DNA from: an uncultured Candidatus Saccharibacteria bacterium
GTDB lineage: Bacteria > Patescibacteriota > Minisyncoccia > Phycocordibacterales > Phycocordibacteraceae
NCBI GenBank assembly: GCA_964469405.1
Contig: CAYXYP010000002.1
Location: 9,338-73,337 of the forward strand
Length of the DNA: 64,000 bases
Direction: 5' to 3'
The notes beneath the pieces were generated by a model. It was not told where the DNA came from. It worked only from the letters and a program-made list of their open reading frames with translations, and searched no databases. The stretch's first letter is position 1; every line of letters starts with the position of its first letter. Of this stretch, positions 37,844 through 46,217 are shown one piece after another. The position numbers were made by a program, and so were the translations under genes.

Positions 37844-38596
37844 CTATTTCCCGCTTCGACGTTCGCGTGTAGAGAATTCTGAGAGAATGGTGTTGAACTC
37901 TTTTTTTGTGAAAGCGGGCCACTTCGTATTGGTAAAAAAAAGTTCGCTATAGATTGACTGCCAGGGAAGAAAATTTGAAAGGCGTTTTTCGCCGCCCGTA
38001 CGGATAATAAGATCCGGATCGGGCATATCATGTGACCAGAGTTTTTGTATAAAATCATCTTCAGTAATCTGTGGTTTTGCGATATCGTGTTTTGCATCTG
38101 CTGAGACACGAGAGGAATCGCGACTCTCCGAAAAAAGAGCATTCACCGCAGACAAAATCTCTGCACGGCCTCCATACGACATCAAGAGATGTAACGTAAT
38201 GTCATACATCGTCGCCGAAACTTTTTCCATGCGATCCATCATCTTTTGCATATCGGTTGAAAAACGCTCCCTATCACCAACAAAACGCACGCGCACGCGC
38301 TCATTGAGCATTTTTTTCGTTTCATTTTCAAGAATAAAACGAAAAAGATTTATCAAGTAGCCAACTTCTTTTTCTGAGCGCTGCCAATTTTCCGTTGAGA
38401 ATGCATACATAGCCACATGAGGAATGCCCGCTTCACGCGCGAAACGCACTATTTCTTTAAGCTTCTTATATCCCTCGGCGTGTCCTTCATATGCTGGCAA
38501 GTTATTCTCCTTTGCCCACCGACGATTACCATCCATAATAATGCCAACACAGGTTACCTGTGACGTACCATTTATTATTTTTTTGCGCTCATTCAT
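37844..38596 (-). CDS. uppS: Undecaprenyl diphosphate synthase
   Basis: HVAIIMDGNRRWA and later cis-prenyltransferase motifs. Confidence 0.9.
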   Translation of the reverse strand: MNERKKIINGTSQVTCVGIIMDGNRRWAKENNLPAYEGHAEGYKKLKEIVRFAREAGIPHVAMYAFSTENWQRSEKEVGYLINLFRFILENETKKMLNERVRVRFVGDRERFSTDMQKMMDRMEKVSATMYDITLHLLMSYGGRAEILSAVNALFSESRDSSRVSADAKHDIAKPQITEDDFIQKLWSHDMPDPDLIIRTGGEKRLSNFLPWQSIYSELFFTNTKWPAFTKKEFNTILSEFSTRERRSGK

Positions 38597-38765
38597 ATTT
38601 ATTTCAACCTACAGATCATTACTTTTGGTTTCAGGTGCACCCTGATGGGCTTGGTCACGTATAATTTCTTGCTAATAATGTGCGCGACTCCGGATCGAAT
38701 CGGCACCCTCCGGCTTTCGAGCCCCACAAAATACGGCGAAAGTATTGTTTTCGTCTCATATTTTG

Positions 38766-38839
38766 TGCACCCTGAGGGGCTCGAACCCCCGACCTTCGCA
38801 GTGTAAATGCGCTGCTCTACCAACTGAGCTAAGGGTGCA
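38766..38839 (-). tRNA. tRNA-Val (anticodon TAC)
   Basis: Manual fold: acceptor GCACCCT/AGGGTGC, anticodon loop TTTACAC, T-loop TTCGAGC. Confidence 0.85.
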
Positions 38840-38862
38840 TCAATACATCATACTGTATTTCG

Positions 38863-39011
38863 TGGGCATGGAGGGACTCGGTCACACTTCGCTCAGTCGC
38901 CTCGCTCCTAAGCGAGGCGCGACCCCGGCTCGCCTGTCCTCACTTCGTTCAGACATAGCTCCGCCTTTCGAGTCCTGCGCACCCTATGTAGATAGGGTGC
39001 GCCCCATGCCC
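38863..39011 (-). ncRNA. 149-nt tRNA-Leu-like element: acceptor stem and T-loop/3' end identical to the adjacent tRNA-Leu(CAG), with about 115 nt of hairpin-rich sequence in place of the D, anticodon and variable arms; pseudo-tRNA, insertion-disrupted tRNA, or novel tRNA-like ncRNA
   Basis: 5' GGGCATG.GGCG and 3' CGAGTCCCTCCATGCCCA are shared with 39033-39114. Internal hairpins: GCGCACCCTAT/ATAGGGTGCGC (11 bp) and CGCCTCGCT/AGCGAGGCG (9 bp). A CTGA(A/G)CGAAGTG motif is repeated. Confidence 0.4.
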
Positions 39012-39032
39012 TCCGCTCATTGCATTTCGCTG

Positions 39033-39114
39033 TGGGCATGGAGGGACTCGAACCCTCAACCCTTACGGGATACGCTTCTGAGACGTACGCGTATACCAGT
39101 TCCGCCACATGCCC
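39033..39114 (-). tRNA. tRNA-Leu (anticodon CAG), type II
   Basis: Manual fold: acceptor GGGCATG/CATGCCC, anticodon loop CTCAGAA, variable arm TCCCGTAAGGGGTT, T-arm GAGGG-TTCGAGT-CCCTC. Confidence 0.85.
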
Positions 39115-39243
39115 GTACGCATACCTTACTATACAAACTATCATCTGTGGCCACAACTCAAAACTTACCGTCACAAATCTTGACCGCGACACAGAGCGGA
39201 ATCTACACACCTCCACCAAGTGATCTGGGCGATAGTTATGTGT

Positions 39244-39318
39244 TGGTGCCCCCAGCAGGAATCGAACCTACATCAACGGCTTAGAAGTCCGCTACTTTAT
39301 CCATTAAGCTATGGGGGC
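39244..39318 (-). tRNA. tRNA-Arg (anticodon TCT), CCA encoded
   Basis: Manual fold: acceptor GCCCCCA/TGGGGGC, anticodon loop CTTCTAA, T-loop TTCGATT. Confidence 0.85.
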
Positions 39319-39344
39319 AATCTATACCCTAGCGCATACAAGCG

Positions 39345-39653
39345 TCATTGCGAAGGGTCAGCGTAACGATAAACGCCTGTCTCATACTTCGCTTCTTCAG
39401 CGACACGATTAGAAAAAATATCGTGAATAGCATCGAGCGAAGAACTCTTAAAAGCCGGCAACGAACTTGGCTCAACTGAACCTATAACTCCTCCGCGCGC
39501 AATAGTATCAAAAGCCCACGCGTTCCAAACAATAACACCTGCTAGCACTATCGCTGAAAATATGAGTGCCATTATCCAATCCCGCATCGGATCCTGGTGT
39601 GCCCCAACACGTAGCCGTTTCAAGAAAACATTGGAAAAATTAAGAATACTCAT
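39345..39653 (-). CDS. Hypothetical membrane protein, last gene of the pilMNO-like operon
   Basis: 102 aa with one TM helix; overlaps the upstream gene by 4 nt. Confidence 0.4.
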   Translation of the reverse strand: MSILNFSNVFLKRLRVGAHQDPMRDWIMALIFSAIVLAGVIVWNAWAFDTIARGGVIGSVEPSSLPAFKSSSLDAIHDIFSNRVAEEAKYETGVYRYADPSQ

Positions 39654-40213
39654 GGGGTGATTTTTATTGGGGCATTTGAATCGCCCTTGCTAGTTGTTGT
39701 ATTCGAGGACAGCGAGCCAACACTCAACTTGAGGACAGCGACCCAACTATTCTTAGAATTCTGCCTAAGAGAGAGTTCAGAAATCGAAAGAGCATAGGGA
39801 GCATATTCGATTGTACCAACAGTGCGCATCACCGCATCGAATGATCCATTTATAGTGAGCGTAAGCACAAGCGTCGGCTGCACAGGAGTGCCACCCGTCG
39901 TAACCGACAGAACGCTTACGGTAGTAGACCCTACTGAATGTCCACGAGCCTCGAGATTGTTGATGAACGCGACCACACCAGCCTCCGGAACAAAATAGCC
40001 CTGCACAACGACCTCGTCGCCAGTAATTTTATCAAGCGTCGCGCGAACGGAAGCAATACGATTCGAGGCCTCAATCGTTGTGGCAATTTGGTTTTCCAAA
40101 TTTGCTACCGTGGTACTTTTTTCTGCAATGATCGCATACCAGGCACCGTACCCTACGAGAGTTGCGGCACATACAATGAGAGCAACAATGAGTCTGAAGA
40201 GAGGCGATTTCAT
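39650..40213 (-). CDS. PilO-like type IV pilus assembly protein
   Basis: N-terminal TM helix then coiled-coil; operonic with pilM/pilN-like genes through 4-nt overlaps. Confidence 0.45.
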   Translation of the reverse strand: MKSPLFRLIVALIVCAATLVGYGAWYAIIAEKSTTVANLENQIATTIEASNRIASVRATLDKITGDEVVVQGYFVPEAGVVAFINNLEARGHSVGSTTVSVLSVTTGGTPVQPTLVLTLTINGSFDAVMRTVGTIEYAPYALSISELSLRQNSKNSWVAVLKLSVGSLSSNTTTSKGDSNAPIKITP

Positions 40214-40764
40214 GGCGCAAGTGTTACGGTAACAACAAATGCGATGTCAGTATCTTTCGCATATGCAGAAATTGGCAAATTAGCGGATTGAATGGACGGG
40301 ACACCCTCTAACGCAAGTTGGTAATTACGAAGCGCATCGCGCGTCGCCGAAGTTCCCGTGATGACAATTGTGCTTGGACTCTTCGGAGTAGCAGCTTTAT
40401 ACCCAAGACTCGAAAGTTTGATGCCCGGACGAGAGACGGCGAGCATTGTGCGAATGATAGTACTTACGGAAGGAATCCTCGCAATAGTCGTTAGAATTGA
40501 CATATTATTCGAGAGTGCCGTGAGGTGTGTAGACAGCGCTGCTTCATCCGCAGCAGAAAGCGTGGATTTCATACTCGCAAGACGCATTTCTTTCGCGTTA
40601 GAACTTGCCGAGAGGAGTACGTAGGTTGGTAACAGTAGTAGCGCAGCGACACACGTAATTGCCGTTAAAAGAACAACGATGACGACACCGAGGCGGAGAA
40701 AATACTCACGGACGAGTGCGTGCTGACGTTCATAAGGAAGCAGGTTTGTAAGTTCGGTATGCAT
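40210..40764 (-). CDS. PilN-like type IV pilus assembly protein
   Basis: Short cytoplasmic N-terminus (LLPYERQ), a TM helix and a periplasmic domain; the 4-nt overlaps follow the usual pilM/N/O operon pattern. Confidence 0.5.
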   Translation of the reverse strand: MHTELTNLLPYERQHALVREYFLRLGVVIVVLLTAITCVAALLLLPTYVLLSASSNAKEMRLASMKSTLSAADEAALSTHLTALSNNMSILTTIARIPSVSTIIRTMLAVSRPGIKLSSLGYKAATPKSPSTIVITGTSATRDALRNYQLALEGVPSIQSANLPISAYAKDTDIAFVVTVTLAP

Positions 40765-40767
40765 ATA

Positions 40768-41853
40768 TTATGCGTGGTCGCGAAGCGCGAGACCGATTGC
40801 CGTTGCATATGAGAGTGATTCAGAATAATCAATTTGTGGAATCCACGTATCACGCGAAGCAAAATTGGTGAAAACATCGCCCGTGGTGACAGGAATCCGA
40901 AATGCACCTTCAAGATATTCAGGGAATCCGCGTATCGAGGCATTCCCACCAGAAAGAATAGCCTGCGATACTTTCTCATGGCCCGCTTTGAGGGTCTCCT
41001 TTTCTTGCCAGTAATCGAGTCGGTGGGAAATCTCATCGCGGATAGCAGAGACCGTTGAGAGCATTGCGGCAAGATATTCTTCATTTCCTGATGCGGGAAC
41101 AATACCCCGTTCAACTTTAACGGCACGAGCTTCTGCTTCGGTAACACCAAAATACTTTTGTACCGCAAGAGTGAGTGCGTGACCTCCTATATTAATCGTC
41201 GTAGCGAAATGAGGTATACGCCCGACAACTATGGCTATCTTTGTCGTTGATTTTCCGACATCGATAATAAGTGTTGTGGAAGTATCACCTTTTGGAAGAA
41301 GTGACCGTGCCATAGCGAAAGTCTCTCCCTCAAGAGCTCTCACGCTGAGATTGGCTTGATCAAATATCGACAGAGTGTCGTCGACAATGCGTCGTGCGAA
41401 ACCGATACCTGCGACGAGCTTATCACCAGGATCTCCATGTCCTGCCTCAACTATATCAAAGGCCGTCTCTGATGGGGGTAGAGGTATAAGCTCATCGAGG
41501 TGCTGCTCAACCGCAGTACGCCACTCAGCCTTACTCGTGCCAGGAGCTGTCGTCTCAAAAAGATACGCCTTTGATTCTGACAGTGTGGCATTGGTGGCAG
41601 AAATACCGGCTGCCCGAGTCGCGGCTTCGAGAGCCTCCACAATTGCAGCTCGATCAACTATTTCGCCATCGGTAAATGCGCCTACTGGCAAAAATTGCTC
41701 ACTATAGCTCGCCAACGTGAGACCATGAGTACCCTCGACAAGACGCACTGCCTTGACCCCACTCGTGGAGAGGTCAACTCCAGCAAGAGGAAACGCTAAA
41801 TATCGCGGGGGTGCGAAAGCAATACGCAGACGCTTACTGAAAACGGAAGACAT
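40768..41853 (-). CDS. pilM: Type IV pilus assembly protein PilM (actin-like ATPase fold)
   Basis: 361 aa with an FtsA/PilM-like profile (GVDLSTSGVKAV...IIDVGKSTTKIAIV...GGNASIRG). Confidence 0.8.
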   Translation of the reverse strand: MSSVFSKRLRIAFAPPRYLAFPLAGVDLSTSGVKAVRLVEGTHGLTLASYSEQFLPVGAFTDGEIVDRAAIVEALEAATRAAGISATNATLSESKAYLFETTAPGTSKAEWRTAVEQHLDELIPLPPSETAFDIVEAGHGDPGDKLVAGIGFARRIVDDTLSIFDQANLSVRALEGETFAMARSLLPKGDTSTTLIIDVGKSTTKIAIVVGRIPHFATTINIGGHALTLAVQKYFGVTEAEARAVKVERGIVPASGNEEYLAAMLSTVSAIRDEISHRLDYWQEKETLKAGHEKVSQAILSGGNASIRGFPEYLEGAFRIPVTTGDVFTNFASRDTWIPQIDYSESLSYATAIGLALRDHA

Positions 41854-41921
41854 GCATTAGAGTATAACCGATTTTTTTGTTGATATTCCATTGGTATCCC
41901 CGTGGAAAAAATCAGCACGCC

Positions 41922-42263
41922 TTAATGTGCACTCGTACCGGAGGGCACCACCCTATCAGGAGTAAGAAATGCAAATGATTCTCCATCCCCAATTGCAAAC
42001 AGCATTCCATCGCTCTCGAGTCCACGTATTGTCCGTGGGGCGAGGTTTGTTACAAATGCGAACTGGCGACCAACGAGCAAGTCGGGGTCCAGAACATGTG
42101 CAGCAATGCCGGAAACAATCTGACGGGGACCAGTCTCTTCGTTAAAGTCGATCATAAATCGAAGAAGCTTGTCTGTCTCAGGTACGCGCTCAACAGAGCG
42201 CACGGTCCCAATCTTCACTTCGATCTTACTGAATTCTTCAATTGAAATGCGTGGTTTATCCAT
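41922..42263 (-). CDS. tRNA-binding domain protein (CsaA/Trbp111-like)
   Basis: ISIEEFSKIEVKIGTVRSVERVPETDKLLRFMIDFNEE OB-fold tRNA-binding motif; internal Met start. Confidence 0.75.
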   Translation of the reverse strand: MDKPRISIEEFSKIEVKIGTVRSVERVPETDKLLRFMIDFNEETGPRQIVSGIAAHVLDPDLLVGRQFAFVTNLAPRTIRGLESDGMLFAIGDGESFAFLTPDRVVPSGTSAH

Positions 42264-42669
42264 GATTAGCGCGTGAGAGATAGCTAGTAAGAATGAGTGC
42301 GGCGGCAGAAGCGTCGACATCAGAATGTCGCTTCATCTTGCGAGACTTAGTTTCTTTTGCGGGCGCGCGCCGAGCTTCCGCACTAGTGAACACTTCGGAT
42401 TCAAAAAATACGGGAATGCCCGCATGTTCGGTAATTAGATTACCGAACATGCGGGCATCTGCTGCGATCGGATTCTCTCCACCTATGAGATTGCGAGATT
42501 CTCCAACTACCACCGCTCCAACATTTTCTTTGGCGATCAGCGCACAAAGTTCGTCAACAAGTCGCGGGGTATTGGAAACGACAGAATGCGGGAATCCCAT
42601 AACACCAGCCTCATCCGAGAGTGCGAGACCTATTTTCTTGCTTCCATAATCAACGCCGAGATATCGCAT
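42256..42669 (-). CDS. yqgF: YqgF/RuvX Holliday-junction-resolvase-like nuclease (pre-16S rRNA nuclease)
   Basis: MRYLGVDYGSKKIGLALSD RNase H-like N-terminus. Confidence 0.85.
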   Translation of the reverse strand: MRYLGVDYGSKKIGLALSDEAGVMGFPHSVVSNTPRLVDELCALIAKENVGAVVVGESRNLIGGENPIAADARMFGNLITEHAGIPVFFESEVFTSAEARRAPAKETKSRKMKRHSDVDASAAALILTSYLSRANHG

Positions 42670-42697
42670 GTCTGCAGTGTATGGTATAATATGATAG

Positions 42698-42994
42698 ATG
42701 TATACGTATCTGCATGACTTTTCACCAATCTACTCCCCCTTTGCTCCTGCCCTCATGCTTGCATTACTCCCTCTCCTTGCTCTCGCAGCAATCTGGACAA
42801 TCGCTATCAAGGGTTACGCACTCTGGCACGCCGCCCGTAATGGGCAGAAGGAGTGGTTCATCGCACTCCTCATTATTAACACGCTCGGCATTCTCGAAAT
42901 CGTATATCTCATTTGGTTCCGTCCAAAAAACTCCAACGCAGAGCAATCGCACATTTCGCATACACCTGCGGTGGATTCATCACCGCAGGTATAG
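42698..42994 (+). CDS. Small two-TM membrane protein
   Basis: 98-aa hydrophobic protein with no recognisable domain. Confidence 0.4.
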   Translation: MYTYLHDFSPIYSPFAPALMLALLPLLALAAIWTIAIKGYALWHAARNGQKEWFIALLIINTLGILEIVYLIWFRPKNSNAEQSHISHTPAVDSSPQV

Positions 42995-43001
42995 ATAACA
43001 C

Positions 43002-43088
43002 GGAGAGGTGGCAGAGCGGTCGAATGCACCGGTCTTGAAAACCGGAGTCCTGGAAACGGGACCGTGAGTTCGAATCTCACCCTCTCCG
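43002..43088 (+). tRNA. tRNA-Ser (anticodon TGA), type II
   Basis: Manual fold: acceptor GGAGAGG/CCTCTCC, anticodon loop CTTGAAA, long variable arm, T-arm GTGAG-TTCGAAT-CTCAC. Confidence 0.9.
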
Positions 43089-43149
43089 CTTGTACACAAA
43101 AAAATATTAGACGATTATTCCGTGACATACTTTCTGCTATTATTCCCAC

Positions 43150-43623
43150 ATGCCCCGCAATGTTGTTTTAGAGTGGAGAGGAACGGAATACGATTACAAC
43201 CCAAAAAGTGCTGATTGGTATTGGGCGCTTGGCATTATCGCAGTCGCTGGCACAATAGCCGCGGTACTCTTCGGCAACTATCTACTTGGGGTTGTTGTTG
43301 TCGTCGCGGCAGTATCGCTTGCGCTCCACGCTGCGAAACGACCTTCCGTGCATCGTTTCCGTCTTGTCGAACAAGGCATCATCATCGGAGAAGAGCTTCA
43401 TACTTTTGAGCGAATGATTTCCTTTTCCGTTCTTGAAGACATCGAGGGGAAGCACCCCCCGATGATCTCCGTCAAGACTGAAAGTTGGCTTTCGCCACAC
43501 CTGATAATCCCACTAGAGGGCGTTAATGCCGACACAGTGTTTAATTATTTCCTGCAACATGTTGAGGAAGATGCCCATCATCACACATTTTCCGACTTGG
43601 TGGCGGCTTGGATTGGATTCTGA
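43150..43623 (+). CDS. Hypothetical membrane protein
   Basis: 157 aa with two TM helices. Confidence 0.5.
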   Translation: MPRNVVLEWRGTEYDYNPKSADWYWALGIIAVAGTIAAVLFGNYLLGVVVVVAAVSLALHAAKRPSVHRFRLVEQGIIIGEELHTFERMISFSVLEDIEGKHPPMISVKTESWLSPHLIIPLEGVNADTVFNYFLQHVEEDAHHHTFSDLVAAWIGF

Positions 43624-43639
43624 TATACATTCAAGTATT

Positions 43640-43711
43640 GCTCTCGTCGTTCAACGGATAGGACACCGGCTTGCGGAGCCGGCAATAGAGGTTCGATTCC
43701 TCTCGAGAGCA
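43640..43711 (+). tRNA. tRNA-Arg (anticodon GCG)
   Basis: Manual fold: acceptor GCTCTCG/CGAGAGC, anticodon stem-loop CCGGC-TTGCGGA-GCCGG, T-loop TTCGATT. Confidence 0.8.
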
Positions 43712-43920
43712 CAAAAAGAGCGTAGTGATTTTTGTGCTCTCGAAGCACGTCGCCTGCGCGACGTGCTTGAGGAATCGAAAGGCGGAGCGATGTTCGGCTA
43801 GCAAGCCGAACCGCGAGCCCTGCCCAGACAAACTTTTGCGACGGCAAAACTTTAGTCGAGGAAGATATGGCGTACTCGCCGGTCCTCTTTGCTATGAGAA
43901 AGTGTTAGTATCGCTAAAAT

Positions 43921-43992
43921 GCTCTCGTCGTTCAATGGATAGGATAGCCCCCTCCGAAGGGGCCGATGCTGGTTCGATTCCAACCGAGAGCA
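43921..43992 (+). tRNA. tRNA-Arg (anticodon CCG)
   Basis: Same acceptor and D-arm as 43640-43711; anticodon stem-loop GCCCC-CTCCGAA-GGGGC. Confidence 0.85.
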
Positions 43993-43994
43993 CC

Positions 43995-44039
43995 AAACAG
44001 CAAAAAAGGCCCCCATATGGGGGCCTTTTTTGCTGTTTG
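43995..44039. terminator. Strong bidirectional terminator between the tRNA-Arg genes and rpsT
   Basis: CAAACAGCAAAAAAGGCCCCC-ATAT-GGGGGCCTTTTTTGCTGTTTG. Confidence 0.8.
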
Positions 44040-44046
44040 GTGCTTT

Positions 44047-44313
44047 TTACTTCTGCCCTCTCTTAATTGCAGCGGCGAGACGGGACTTCTTTCGGTCTGC
44101 GGTATTGCCTTTGATAACTCCACGCTTACGTGCCTTGTCTATTGCAGCAAATGCTGCTGGGAGAAGTTTTTCAGCACCAGAAACATCTGAAGCTGCAAGT
44201 GCTTTCGTAAGAGACTTCACTGCATCATGAAGGGCGTCCTTGCGGCGCAAATTAAAGACATGCTTCCTCGCCGATGAGCGAATCGCTTTCTTTGCAGAAC
44301 TGGTAATAGCCAT
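44047..44313 (-). CDS. rpsT: 30S ribosomal protein S20
   Basis: 88-aa basic helical protein (AITSSAKKAIRSSARKHVFNLRRK...). Confidence 0.85.
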   Translation of the reverse strand: MAITSSAKKAIRSSARKHVFNLRRKDALHDAVKSLTKALAASDVSGAEKLLPAAFAAIDKARKRGVIKGNTADRKKSRLAAAIKRGQK

Positions 44314-44372
44314 ATGTCATCCATATATACGCTATCTCCCGCTCTCTGGCAAATGGTAGTACCATAGCTACT

Positions 44373-44918
44373 ATGATTCGACAGATTCGCGGGGAAGTAC
44401 TTTCGGTGGGGCCAATAAGTGCAGTTATCGAGGTAGCGGGCTTCGGTGTCGAAGTACGTATGAGTGCGCCCCAGACTCTTTCGGTACATAGCGAAGCGAC
44501 TCTCGCGACACATCTCGTGCTCAAACAGGATGGTCTCGAGCTCTACGGATTCCCGAACGTGGCTGACCGCGACTTCTTTGAACTGATTCTATCGGTGTCT
44601 GGAATTGGACCAAAAACGGCACTCTCTGTTTTGCGGCGCTCTCCTCGCGAGGCGCTTGAAGGAGCTATCGGTAAACGCGACTTGTCATACCTCATCAAGG
44701 TCGTTGGGCTTGGCAAGAAAAGCGCCGAGAAAATGCTTCTGGAGCTTGCTGATAAAGTCGGGCCGAGCTCGCATGACAATGCCGATGGCGAAGTGTTCGA
44801 TACGCTCGTCGCCCTCGGATACACCGAGCGTGAAGCCCGTTCGGCATTACAATCAATACCGGACACTATCGCCGGCAAGGACTTGCGTCTTAAAGCAGCA
44901 CTCTCTTCAGGTCATTAA
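44373..44918 (+). CDS. ruvA: Holliday junction DNA helicase RuvA
   Basis: MIRQIRGEV...LYGF...LISVSGIGPKTALSVL with HhH motifs. Confidence 0.9.
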   Translation: MIRQIRGEVLSVGPISAVIEVAGFGVEVRMSAPQTLSVHSEATLATHLVLKQDGLELYGFPNVADRDFFELILSVSGIGPKTALSVLRRSPREALEGAIGKRDLSYLIKVVGLGKKSAEKMLLELADKVGPSSHDNADGEVFDTLVALGYTEREARSALQSIPDTIAGKDLRLKAALSSGH

Positions 44919-44927
44919 TCTTATTCC

Positions 44928-46205
44928 ATGTACGAATTAGTCAATCGTATCGTCCATATCCTGAAAAAGATCGTACCGGAATCGGTAGTACGACTACTGC
45001 GCCCTTTCTATCATCGTGTTCTCGCATATCTCATGGCACTTTCATACGGCTTCCCTGCTAAGAAACTCACTGTTATAGGAATTACGGGGACAAAAGGTAA
45101 GTCGACGACTGCTGAAATGCTTTTTGCAATTCTGTGCCAAGCGGGTTATAGAACTGCTCTCATTTCCACTATTCGATTTGCCATTGGAAACGATTCGGAA
45201 CCGAACCGCTATAAAATGACGCTCCAAGGACGAGGCTTTACGCAGACGTTTATGCGCCGAGCTCTCAAAGCTGGGTGCACACATATTGTCATTGAGATAA
45301 CGTCCGAGAGTGTCTTGCAGTATCGACATTGGTTCCTTGATCTCGACGGACTCATCGTGACAAACATTCAGCGCGAACATATCGAAAGTCACGGTTCGTT
45401 CGAGAATTATGTATCAGCCAAACGCACTATTGTTGATACGTTGGTTCACTCGCCCAAACGCAATAAGGTATTGGTAACCAATGGAGATATTCCTGAAAGT
45501 CGCGCGTTCCTTTCTGCGAAAATTTCAAGAGTAATCGAATTCAGTACGCGCGAACTCAAACATCTGAAAGGAGACGAGAAGGGTGTCAGTTTTATGTATG
45601 CCGACGAGCACTTCTCTCTTCCTGTGCCAGGAACTTTCAATGCGATGAACGCACTCTCTGCAATAAAAATGAGCGAGACACTTGCTATCCCGCTTGCTGT
45701 TACATCGGCAGCTCTCGCGACACTTCCTCCCGTACAAGGTCGGGTAGAGCGTATTGAAGCGGGCCAGAACTTTACGGTTATCGTTGACTACGCGCACACT
45801 CCCGATTCACTTCTTGCTCTCTACGGTGCCTTCCCGACTCAGAGAAAAATTTGCGTTCTCGGAAACACCGGAGGCGGGCGTGATACGTGGAAACGCCCAG
45901 AGATGGGTCGTATCGCGGAACAGTCATGCGAAAAAGTCATTCTTACAAACGAAGATCCTTACGATGAAGACCCTCGTGGGATTATTGATGCCATGACGCG
46001 TGATATGCAGCACACACCCGAGATCATTATGGATCGACGTGAAGCCATTCGACACGCTCTCGCAGCCGCTCGCCCCGGCGACGCAGTCCTCATTTCTGGC
46101 AAAGGCACTGATCCTTTCATCATGGGTGCGAAGGGATCTCAACTTCCCTGGAGCGATGCCGCTGTTGTCCGTGAAGAGCTTGAGCGACTTCTCTCAAATT
46201 TTTGA
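44928..46205 (+). CDS. Mur ligase family protein (MurE/MurT-like)
   Basis: P-loop GITGTKGKSTT; DYAHTPDSL C-terminal-domain motif. Confidence 0.75.
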   Translation: MYELVNRIVHILKKIVPESVVRLLRPFYHRVLAYLMALSYGFPAKKLTVIGITGTKGKSTTAEMLFAILCQAGYRTALISTIRFAIGNDSEPNRYKMTLQGRGFTQTFMRRALKAGCTHIVIEITSESVLQYRHWFLDLDGLIVTNIQREHIESHGSFENYVSAKRTIVDTLVHSPKRNKVLVTNGDIPESRAFLSAKISRVIEFSTRELKHLKGDEKGVSFMYADEHFSLPVPGTFNAMNALSAIKMSETLAIPLAVTSAALATLPPVQGRVERIEAGQNFTVIVDYAHTPDSLLALYGAFPTQRKICVLGNTGGGRDTWKRPEMGRIAEQSCEKVILTNEDPYDEDPRGIIDAMTRDMQHTPEIIMDRREAIRHALAAARPGDAVLISGKGTDPFIMGAKGSQLPWSDAAVVREELERLLSNF

Positions 46206-46217
46206 TACTATGCTCCC

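Noticed and set aside
38641-38765. Additional tRNA between uppS and tRNA-Val (GGATCGAATCGG segment)
   Set aside because: I could not fold a cloverleaf with a canonical T-stem or acceptor stem on either strand. The perfect TATAAT at 38660 has no properly spaced -35.
38745-39284. 179-aa plus-strand ORF spanning the tRNA cluster
   Set aside because: Its translation (GSNPRP, RDSNPQP, GIEPTS) is just the antisense of tRNA T-arms. The region encodes tRNA-Val, tRNA-Leu and tRNA-Arg plus the tRNA-like element.
42962-42990. 10-bp inverted repeat ACCTGCGGTG/CACCGCAGGT as a terminator
   Set aside because: It lies inside the 3' end of the small membrane-protein ORF and lacks a downstream T-run; it is more likely coincidental or a processing signal before tRNA-Ser
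43526-43847. ORFs of 66-113 aa on both strands in the tRNA-Arg spacer
   Set aside because: The region is dominated by perfect hairpins and tRNA genes. The translations are low-complexity, so this is non-coding structured RNA or DNA.
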